DNA from: an uncultured Oligoflexus sp.
Lineage (GTDB): Bacteria > Bdellovibrionota_B > Oligoflexia > Oligoflexales > Oligoflexaceae
DNA length: 17,638 bases
Direction of reading: 5' to 3'
Assembly (NCBI GenBank): GCA_964236955.1
Contig: CAXSGP010000009.1
Coordinates: forward strand, 1-17,638
Position 1 is the first letter of the stretch. Each line of letters opens with the position of its first letter. A program made the position numbers and the translations under genes. Positions 1-6,732 of the stretch are shown here, one piece after another. Below the pieces are notes generated by a model that saw nothing but the letters and a program-made list of their open reading frames with translations, was not told the DNA's origin and made no database searches.

Positions 1-101
1 CCAAAGCCTTTGGGCTTGAGGTAAGTGGAAATAGATATTTTGAAGTTTGTCTCTCTGGAACTGGCCGATTAGAGTTAGGGCAAAACTCGGAGCAAAAATG
101 A
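1..101 (+). CDS. possible 3' end of a gene entering from the left edge (unknown product)
   Basis: Frame 3 is open from the edge (KAFGLEVSGNRYFEVCLSGTGRLELGQNSEQK) to TGA at 99-101. Too short to identify. Confidence 0.3.
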   Translation, partial: KAFGLEVSGNRYFEVCLSGTGRLELGQNSEQK

Positions 102-237
102 AAATAGCATACACATTGATTTTAGGTTAAGGGCTGTTACTTTGCTACACAAGGTGTTCAGGGGAGATCTTGGTTGGCCAAGAAACAACAGTTAAATGAT
201 AAAATGGTTTTTCCATGTCTAAAAAAGGAAGAGCGGA

Positions 238-627
238 ATGGAACCAGTACTTAGGATAGCAAGAGAGACGAATTTCCTCGAACAAATTTCTACGATGTAT
301 CAACAAGGGTTAAAAATGGAGGTACTTGGGCGGTTTTCGGACCATTCAGGCTTTGATGGTGTGATGATCGGCATCAAGCTTTCTCGGTTTCACCTCGAAT
401 TCACCCACCGTCATGGTGAAAAGGCACCAAGATCCCATTCGAAAGACAATCTATTAGTTTTTTACGTGCCTGATCGTTTGGAATGGGAAGAGACAGTCAA
501 ACGTATGAGTGGTGCGGGGTTTGTCCAGAAAGAAGCAGTCAATCCTTATTGGAACGAAAATGGTATGACCTTCGAAGATTTAGAAGGCTATCGTGTCGTT
601 ATATCTAAGGACAAGTGGGATCGATAA
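238..627 (+). CDS. VOC/glyoxalase superfamily protein, YycE-like
   Basis: 129 aa with LRIAR, F.DH.GFDGVM.G, HLEFT, DNLLVFY, NPYW...G.TFED.EGYRVV motifs; purine-rich RBS (AAGGAAGAG) upstream. Confidence 0.9.
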   Translation: MEPVLRIARETNFLEQISTMYQQGLKMEVLGRFSDHSGFDGVMIGIKLSRFHLEFTHRHGEKAPRSHSKDNLLVFYVPDRLEWEETVKRMSGAGFVQKEAVNPYWNENGMTFEDLEGYRVVISKDKWDR

Positions 628-883
628 TACCGGAACTGGCAAAATGCGCTTATTATTTGACGGATCCTTATAGTGCACTAGAGAAGTACAGTGGGGTGAG
701 CAGGTGCCTTTTCGGTTTGCATGCAGAAGAATGGTTCCCGTAGATTCACAAACAAGCCAAGATAAAATTCGCGCCACCTTTACACCGGACACCGCTTGGC
801 CAATAAACAGACTCTCTCCAAACGAATCCCATACAAGAAAAAGGAGAATAGGTGAGCGATAATCAGACTTTAGGGGATAAAAA

Positions 884-970
884 CGGAGAGCTAGGGATTC
901 GAACCCTAGAAGAGGTCACCCCCTTACTTGATTTCGAATCAAGCTCCTTCGGCCACTCGGACAGCTCTCC
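884..970 (-). tRNA. tRNA-Ser(CGA), CCA end not encoded
   Basis: Reverse complement folds as acceptor GGAGAGC/GCTCTCC, D-arm AGTGGCCGAAGG, anticodon stem CTTGA/TCAAG with loop TTCGAAA, long variable arm, T-arm TAGGG-TTCGAAT-CCCTA, discriminator G followed by TTTT. Confidence 0.97.
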
Positions 971-974
971 ATTA

Positions 975-1011
975 GGAACGCGATCATAAAAAAAAATTCT
1001 AAAAAGCGCTA
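975..1011 (-). promoter_or_regulatory. putative sigma70 promoter of tRNA-Ser
   Basis: TATGAT -10 (988-983), weak -35 TAGCGC at 17 bp spacing, GC-rich discriminator CGCGTTCC typical of stable-RNA promoters. Confidence 0.5.
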
Positions 1012-1131
1012 CTAGAAGCTGTCAGAAAATAAAATGAACTGGATCGCACTGCTTTTCCATCCCCCAAAATACAATCTAAGTATAGGTAATTAAACTAGAA
1101 AAAATTAAATTTATATCCAAAAAAACCAGCC

Positions 1132-1164
1132 AAAAAAAGCCAGGATGACCAAAGCCATCCCGAC
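1132..1164 (-). terminator. intrinsic terminator after the paralog pair
   Basis: GUCGGGAUGGC-UUUG-GUCAUCCUGGC 11-bp stem (with G-U pairs) followed by U7. Confidence 0.85.
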
Positions 1165-1193
1165 CTATCTCAATCCAAAACCATCAAAACGGC

Positions 1194-1586
1194 TTAGATC
1201 TTACTATTAAGTCCCTTAAGGTTATTCTCGTCGACGGAGTAGGTGCGGGGCAATTCCTTAGCCGTACGGATCAGATGCGCCTGTTGGTTTCGCAAATACT
1301 GGACGATCTTTTGATTGACAGGGTCTGATTTCAGTGTGTCGATGTTCATTTGAATATCGTTGATTTTCTCAACGTCGTTTTCTTTTGTATAGATATTATC
1401 GAGTATATCGTTAAATTTACCCTTCTCAACCTCGGTGAGTCCGGTGGTATTTGCGTAGCGGTGGTATTTGTTGAGTACCATCGGCTCGGTATCGACCACT
1501 ACGGTGCCGTCTTCCTTTTTTTCCACAATTACGCCGGGATTGGTAAACATACCAGCCTTCGGTACTAAATCGCCAATCTGAGCCAT
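1194..1586 (-). CDS. hypothetical protein, paralog of 1600-1971 (SH3/KOW-like start plus helical region)
   Basis: 130 aa ORF with RBS AAGGGGG; clear similarity to the neighbouring ORF supports both being real genes. Confidence 0.85.
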   Translation of the reverse strand: MAQIGDLVPKAGMFTNPGVIVEKKEDGTVVVDTEPMVLNKYHRYANTTGLTEVEKGKFNDILDNIYTKENDVEKINDIQMNIDTLKSDPVNQKIVQYLRNQQAHLIRTAKELPRTYSVDENNLKGLNSKI

Positions 1587-1599
1587 AGCATTCCCCCTT

Positions 1600-1971
1600 T
1601 TATGTTTTGTTTTCGTCGATGCTGTAAATGCGTGGGGCTATCCCCTCACTATTCATGATATGAGCCATTTCCCCTTGCAGGTATCGGGTCAACACACCTC
1701 GTTTCGGATCTTGTTTCAAGGTCTCGATCTGGTCGTGAAGGAAATCCACGCGTTCACGGGTTTCACTTCGCTCTCGCATTTGGTCGATGATGTTCTCGTA
1801 GTCTTCGCGTTGCGAGGGCTCCAGTCCATTTACGAAACCATAGCGTCGGCCTTTTTCCCAGTCAGGGCCTTCCGTTTCTACCTGGAGTGTTTGTTTTTTT
1901 ATGTCGCGATTGACCACAAATCCCGGATGGCCTTCGCGATTAAAAAGGGAATCGCCAATTCGAGAAACCAT
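1600..1971 (-). CDS. hypothetical protein, paralog of 1194-1586
   Basis: 123 aa ORF with RBS GAGAGGT; shares IGD, PG, TE, RY, GL, TLK.DP, YL, AH, PR.YS.DEN with the downstream ORF. Confidence 0.85.
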   Translation of the reverse strand: MVSRIGDSLFNREGHPGFVVNRDIKKQTLQVETEGPDWEKGRRYGFVNGLEPSQREDYENIIDQMRERSETRERVDFLHDQIETLKQDPKRGVLTRYLQGEMAHIMNSEGIAPRIYSIDENKT

Positions 1972-2097
1972 GCGGCACCTCTCTGCCTTATAGCCTAAGA
2001 TTAACCTTCCTGAAAATAATCGACAATCCCTCGATATGATTCATTATTTCCTAGTAATATCGAGCATTTCTTGCCTAGTTATTTTGCATTTGGCTCT

Positions 2098-2124
2098 TAA
2101 GAAAAACATAATTCATACCGATAA
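2098..2124 (+). promoter_or_regulatory. putative sigma28 (FliA) promoter
   Basis: TAAG-N15-ACCGATAA versus consensus TAAA-N15-GCCGATAA, 46 bp upstream of the ATG at 2171. Confidence 0.65.
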
Positions 2125-2170
2125 AGATGGAAATCCGGGAGGATAAGTCAGCCATGAAAAGGACAAGGAT

Positions 2171-2533
2171 ATGGGAAAGGTTATTCAGCTCGATCGGTTC
2201 AAAGGGCTAAAGCGTCGGGAATACCTTAAACGCTATAACACGCAGATCGCAAAGTTCGTCGACTTCTTTCTTACGCAAAACCTCCGCGTCAGTTTCGAAG
2301 CACTCAGCTATCAATACATTTCCATACAGCAGCAAGAACAGGTGGCCGCATGGGATTTTGTAGACTTCCGCGACTCTCTGCGCGATGGCTTCCATGAGGT
2401 TTTTGGCAGGCAGATACTCGATGAATGCAAATCTCAGTACTGGTATGACGAAAGATTTATTACGGCAGACGAACTTGTCGATCTTTGCGTAAGCCAGGTG
2501 ATTCTGGGACCGGATCGTTCCGCAGTCCGCTAG
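2171..2533 (+). CDS. hypothetical protein, predicted mostly helical
   Basis: 120 aa ORF with AGGA RBS and protein-like composition, downstream of the sigma28-like motif. Confidence 0.75.
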   Translation: MGKVIQLDRFKGLKRREYLKRYNTQIAKFVDFFLTQNLRVSFEALSYQYISIQQQEQVAAWDFVDFRDSLRDGFHEVFGRQILDECKSQYWYDERFITADELVDLCVSQVILGPDRSAVR

Positions 2534-2755
2534 ACAGCTCAGATTTAACCCTGACCGGCAGCTCAAGCAATAGCCTTTGATCCTGTCACTTGTTTTCGTC
2601 ACGATCTCTCCCAAGGCCTCTTTCCCCCTAAAATTCGCAGATCTGCCTAAGCCTTTCCAATCCTGCTTTTTACCCCAGGTTCGTATCTTCATTCCCACAG
2701 CGGCATTTTCTGCCAAGAATGCGTCTATCCAAACGTATGATCTGGAATGGAAGAC

Positions 2756-2784
2756 AAAAAAAAGACCGGCAAAAGGTGCCGGTC
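2756..2784 (-). terminator. intrinsic terminator after the DUF883-like gene
   Basis: GACCGGCA-N5-TGCCGGTC hairpin adjacent to A8 (U8 on the minus strand). Confidence 0.85.
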
Positions 2785-2807
2785 GATTGAGCGAAATAAA
2801 GTCAGTG

Positions 2808-3551
2808 TTAACCGATTTTACGAGCCTGATCCGAATTATAATTTGGCTGCTCAGTCGAGACAGAAGCGTCGGTCTTTATGCCTAACATCCCAGCAATAGT
2901 AGCAAAATTCAGCTTATTGACTGTCGAAACCAAAACATCGAGATCACCCTTGGCTTTGCCGGAAAAGGCGCGAGCCAGAATAAATCCAAGCCCAATCGCG
3001 CCAATGGCATAGGGATAAGGATTGGCTTTGATACTTTCATCCACCATCATTCCCCGCAGCTTCACATCGTCAGACACTGAGCTCAATCGGTCGCTGACCT
3101 GCTCTTTGCCACTCGCCATGAGATCCTGAGCTTTCGACTTAACCAAATTCAGATTTTTCTTCACAGCCTGGGCATCCAGCAATGAAGCCGCTTTTGCCAT
3201 GATGCCGCCTTCGGAATCTTTTCTTTCCGAAGCAGAAGCCTTCGAAGCGCCATTGCGTTGGGCTGATTGGCTGGACTGCGAACCATGCGACTGATCTCTT
3301 GTGCCAGTGGATTGGCCATCCTGAAGGTCGACGGGTTGACCGAAGTCACGCGCCGCTCCTTCCTTTGCCGATGAATCTCCATGCTGATCCCTATCATTGG
3401 CCGCCGCCATTTCGCTGTCGCCGCTGCTAATGGACTGGGTCGACTGATTGCTGTCGAGGTTTGAACTATGGTCACTGCTTGCTGCTGTGACGTCATAGGG
3501 GCTTTGGTTTTTCATATGCTGACCTTTTTGGCTGGAATGAGATTTGCTCAT
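2808..3551 (-). CDS. DUF883/ElaB/YqjD-like membrane-anchored protein with long low-complexity N-terminus
   Basis: S/Q/D-rich N-terminal half, amphipathic helices, then IKANPYPYAIGAIGLGFILARAF (DUF883-type NP..A.G...G...L segment). RBS AGAGGAG; alternative start at 3515. Confidence 0.7.
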   Translation of the reverse strand: MSKSHSSQKGQHMKNQSPYDVTAASSDHSSNLDSNQSTQSISSGDSEMAAANDRDQHGDSSAKEGAARDFGQPVDLQDGQSTGTRDQSHGSQSSQSAQRNGASKASASERKDSEGGIMAKAASLLDAQAVKKNLNLVKSKAQDLMASGKEQVSDRLSSVSDDVKLRGMMVDESIKANPYPYAIGAIGLGFILARAFSGKAKGDLDVLVSTVNKLNFATIAGMLGIKTDASVSTEQPNYNSDQARKIG

Positions 3552-3798
3552 GAGATGTCTCCTCTTGTGTTTGGCAATCGAAGTACCCGCAGGACGGTAT
3601 TTCTACCCCAATGTTGTGACGACTTGCTTCAGAAGCAAAGCGTATTCGTTTAGGCGGATGACCGCCAAAGCTAATAATACCAATGATTATAAGCTATTTT
3701 GAGTTCCTGAAACGAAAATGACTAAAGTCTGCAGAACTTGATAGAGTCGGCATACGAAAAAATATTCGCGATTTTTATTTATTAATAATTTTCCAAGC

Positions 3799-3833
3799 AA
3801 AAAAGCCGCCTCGGTTCACGAAGCGGCTTTTTT
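3799..3833. terminator. intrinsic terminator with A and T tails, downstream of rpoZ
   Basis: AAAAAAGCCGC-N13-GCGGCTTTTTT. Confidence 0.9.
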
Positions 3834-3856
3834 AGATCTTGTGAAAATTGTGACCC

Positions 3857-4084
3857 TTAAAACTCAGTAGGAGCTTTTGGAGAGCGTAGTTTTTCATCAG
3901 GTTGATACCCGACGACAAAACCCTCAGCGATTTCTCGCAAAGCCGTGACGGCTTCTTTATTTCTGGTTTTGACGAGAGGAGTTTTACCTTCCATCAACTG
4001 CCGTGTCCGATGGGAAGCAACGGCGACAAGAGCAAAACGATTCTCTATAAAACGAAGGCAATCTTCGATGGATACGCGGGCCAT
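3857..4084 (-). CDS. rpoZ: DNA-directed RNA polymerase omega subunit
   Basis: MARVSIEDCL...NRFALV..AS.R.RQL..G....K..VTALREIAEG. True start is ATG 4084 with RBS AGGAGGA (75 aa). Confidence 0.97.
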   Translation of the reverse strand: MARVSIEDCLRFIENRFALVAVASHRTRQLMEGKTPLVKTRNKEAVTALREIAEGFVVGYQPDEKLRSPKAPTEF

Positions 4085-4118
4085 AAACCATCCTCCTCTG
4101 AAAACGCGAAAGATAACG

Positions 4119-4147
4119 ATACTATTGTATAGACTGGACTCCGTCAA
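4119..4147 (-). promoter_or_regulatory. putative sigma70 promoter of rpoZ
   Basis: TTGACG-N17-TAGTAT. Confidence 0.65.
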
Positions 4148-4234
4148 TGCTCATATCTATGGAACCCTCCTGGCATTTCCTGCTGCGAGGCCATCATTGC
4201 CTAGCCAGGGGCTTTACCACGACTGGTTTTGCGA

Positions 4235-4243
4235 TGCTATAAT
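4235..4243 (+). promoter_or_regulatory. extended -10 promoter for the TPR-barrel gene
   Basis: TG-C-TATAAT, 37 bp upstream of ATG 4281. Confidence 0.6.
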
Positions 4244-4280
4244 GGGAGTGTATCAGCCATTCCTGCTCTTTTGAGGCCTC

Positions 4281-5906
4281 ATGAAACGTCTATTACTCGT
4301 GATAAGCTGTAGTATTGCCTGGAATTGTCATATTCCACGTGTATCTGCCGCGCCAGCGAGTTCAGGCAGCTCTGCGAACTCCAATGCCCCAAAAACTCCA
4401 GCCCTACAGGCTCTTTATAGAAAAGCCATGGAGGCCTACGAGGCAAAAAAGTTTGGCGAAGCCAGAGAGCTCTTTGAACAGATATTGAGCAAACAGAGCG
4501 ACCACACGCCCTCCAGGATATACCTGGCCCGTTCTCTCTATCAGCAAAAGAACAGCTCGGAGGCCCTCAAGGTCTTTCGGCAGATTGATCCCAAAAACCT
4601 GGAGCCCGATGCCGCCTATGAATTTGGCCAGGTAGCCTTTCGTGGCAACGATTTCACGGCAGCGATCAAGGCCCTTGCTATCGTTCCCAATGGCCATCCC
4701 CTCTATGATCTCGCCGGATTTTACGGGGGGATTTCCGCCTTCAAATTAGGGGAATATCAGCAGGCGATCGACCTCCTTGATCAGGCCGTGGTCCTTCCGA
4801 CCAAACTCGTGCGCATGCAAAAACTTTATCGCAAAGAAGCTGAGAAAAAGCTTCTCATTAAGCAAAAGCAGGAGCTTCAGGGCAGCACTAGCGGCAGCAA
4901 GCCAGCGGACCGCACGGCATCGGTTCCGCCCGCGCCCCCTGGCTCGGGTTTTTACCTGATTCCCAATCGGGCAGTTGGCATCTCCTACAATTACCTGAAT
5001 CAAACCCTTGAATCCAAGGATGCGCCCTTTCAGGATGCCCCCGTCACAACCACGGTGCTTGCCCTGGATTGGGCATCCGAACCCCCGGCGGCCGGCGCCC
5101 ACAATCAATGGTTCTTACTTGCAAGCTTCAAGGGCCTCTCCAATACCAACGGGTCAAAAGAGTTTCCCGCCCTGCAAACTCCCGACCAACTCCTCCAATC
5201 GATGGTCCTCCTTCTCACGGAAGCCAAGACTCTGCTAAGGACCGAGCTGGGCGCCGCTTACGAAACGATCATAGGTGACCGTTCAAGCTTTGGTTTTCAA
5301 AGCGGGGTTTACACTTACGCCCCCGATTCGGATTTCGCCAAGAGGCTGATGGGAAGTCCCTATGTTTCAGTCTTTCTTGTCCAAAATGGTGACTCCATCG
5401 AAACCCGCTTCAAAGCTGAAGCCCATGCCCGCTATCTGGCATCCCGTCTGATTGTGACCCAGAGTATGCAGGAGGGCATCATAAATTTTAATCTCTCAAA
5501 GGAAGCCTATTTTGGTTTGACGGGAGAACTTGACGAATATTCCTACAATGTCGAGCGTCTTAGCGGTCCTGATTGGAATGGGCATATCCTCCTTCAGTTG
5601 GGCTATCGGCAGGAAAAAACCCTGTCTCTGCTGCTCGGCACCTTCTATGAAATTGCACAGGGTTGGCGTATCTACGATAGCTCGCCCAAGCTTCCCTTGA
5701 TGAAGTTCAACATCAGCCAGTCAGGTATCCTCGCAAAAGCCGACATGTTTCTCACCAGCTGGCTTACGCTTGGCATCTCGGGCCGTCTGATCACAAACAC
5801 TTACGCCAACGCGATCCCGGTTGGTGCTGAGGAACTCATTCATACCACGCTCCCTACCAGCATAAGTCAATTTAATATATACACGTCCCTCACCAAGAGT
5901 TTTTAA
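4281..5906 (+). CDS. exported TPR-repeat protein with putative C-terminal outer-membrane beta-barrel
   Basis: Sec-type signal (MKRLLLVIS...VSA), about 4 TPR repeats (aa ~40-185), Pro/Ser linker, amphipathic beta-strand-rich C-terminal ~310 aa ending in YTSLTKSF with terminal Phe. Confidence 0.75.
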   Translation: MKRLLLVISCSIAWNCHIPRVSAAPASSGSSANSNAPKTPALQALYRKAMEAYEAKKFGEARELFEQILSKQSDHTPSRIYLARSLYQQKNSSEALKVFRQIDPKNLEPDAAYEFGQVAFRGNDFTAAIKALAIVPNGHPLYDLAGFYGGISAFKLGEYQQAIDLLDQAVVLPTKLVRMQKLYRKEAEKKLLIKQKQELQGSTSGSKPADRTASVPPAPPGSGFYLIPNRAVGISYNYLNQTLESKDAPFQDAPVTTTVLALDWASEPPAAGAHNQWFLLASFKGLSNTNGSKEFPALQTPDQLLQSMVLLLTEAKTLLRTELGAAYETIIGDRSSFGFQSGVYTYAPDSDFAKRLMGSPYVSVFLVQNGDSIETRFKAEAHARYLASRLIVTQSMQEGIINFNLSKEAYFGLTGELDEYSYNVERLSGPDWNGHILLQLGYRQEKTLSLLLGTFYEIAQGWRIYDSSPKLPLMKFNISQSGILAKADMFLTSWLTLGISGRLITNTYANAIPVGAEELIHTTLPTSISQFNIYTSLTKSF

Positions 5907-5921
5907 AAGCAGGAGTTCAAC

Positions 5922-6401
5922 ATGGACAAGCAATGGGTCAAGATACTCGCTGATTCCCGCCTTGAAGACGGGGAATGGAAACAAAGCAACCCGGTCGCGC
6001 CTCGTGAGCATGGTCGGGCGCAGATTGTCCGAACGATAAGCGAATTGAACAGCGACCTGAGGGACGCGATCCAGGTCTTCAATGAGCACGCGAAAAAAGA
6101 TAAAAAAATGTCGATCTTTCCGATCCAGGGCAAAGACCCCGAAGTTCTTTCTGGCTTTGTCGTCGTAGTCGGCAGGCTGCAACTGCAGGTCATTCAGCAC
6201 CAGGCTCATATAAACGTCCATCTTTCCCGCATGCAGGGCTTTCAGCAACGCAGTGAACTCCTGCACCAGCTTGAAGCCAACTGCGATCCTTTTGGTGGAA
6301 TATCCTGGATCATGGACCAAAAATCCATTATGACAAAAGACATGCTCGTAAAGCAGTTGCTTCACGATATCTGTCACGAAGCTTATCTAAGCGAATGGTA
6401 A
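5922..6401 (+). CDS. hypothetical protein (alpha/beta)
   Basis: 159 aa, RBS AGGAG, 15 bp after the TPR-barrel stop. Confidence 0.8.
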   Translation: MDKQWVKILADSRLEDGEWKQSNPVAPREHGRAQIVRTISELNSDLRDAIQVFNEHAKKDKKMSIFPIQGKDPEVLSGFVVVVGRLQLQVIQHQAHINVHLSRMQGFQQRSELLHQLEANCDPFGGISWIMDQKSIMTKDMLVKQLLHDICHEAYLSEW

Positions 6402-6417
6402 AGAGGACGAGAAGGCT

Positions 6418-6717
6418 ATGGACATCAAGTTTCCGGAAAAAGATCTGGCCGCGATCATCGAAAAGATCAAGAATGCCTTAGGCGGACGGGAACTCGGTAA
6501 GATGGTGAGCTTCGATCACGTCGGAAACCAAATGGTCGTGACAATCTCAAAGTTCGGCACGTCGACCCTTACTTTTTCGACAAAACCGGCGTCCACAGGG
6601 ACCCATCTGATTCTCGATAAAGAAAAAATCGCGTTGGCTCACCGTCCCTTGAAAAGCGAAGTGACCGACAAAATAGTAAAAGTCATCCAGCAGGCCGGTG
6701 GCACAGTCACCGCATAA
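6418..6717 (+). CDS. hypothetical protein
   Basis: 99 aa, purine-rich RBS, 16 bp after the previous stop. Confidence 0.8.
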   Translation: MDIKFPEKDLAAIIEKIKNALGGRELGKMVSFDHVGNQMVVTISKFGTSTLTFSTKPASTGTHLILDKEKIALAHRPLKSEVTDKIVKVIQQAGGTVTA

Positions 6718-6732
6718 AGAAAGGCTTCCGCC

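Noticed and set aside
72..82. AGAGTTAGGG resembling the tRNA 3' region (AGAGCTAGGG) as a possible att repeat
   Set aside because: Only about 9 of 10 bases match and it does not extend; expected by chance.
102..237. Possible integron attC site before the VOC gene (GTTAAAT, small TCTTGG/CCAAGA hairpin)
   Set aside because: No matching RYYYAAC inverse core or extended dyad, and no second site after the gene.
580..792. 70 aa minus-strand ORF
   Set aside because: Overlaps the VOC gene end, has no convincing RBS and no recognisable motif.
2154..2210. 18-codon out-of-frame ORF overlapping the 2171 start, with GGAGG upstream
   Set aside because: RBS spacing is long (11 nt) and the peptide is featureless; insufficient support.
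2207..2885. ORFs 2207-2716 (-) and 2577-2885 (+)
   Set aside because: They overlap better-supported genes or a terminator and have non-ATG starts; likely shadow ORFs.
4085..4147. N-terminal extension of rpoZ in the ORF track (likewise folK 14768-14848, HU 15905-16003, pdxA 13926-13940)
   Set aside because: Downstream ATGs match family N-termini and RBS positions; for rpoZ and folK the extensions overlap predicted promoters.
4171..4186. TGGCATTTCCTGCTGC as a sigma54 site
   Set aside because: GG-to-GC spacing is 8 or 11, not the required 10.
5721..6377. 218 aa antisense ORF and other antisense or alternate-frame ORFs inside nnr, uvrA, pdxA and the TPR genes
   Set aside because: Shadows of well-supported genes; no motifs or RBS.
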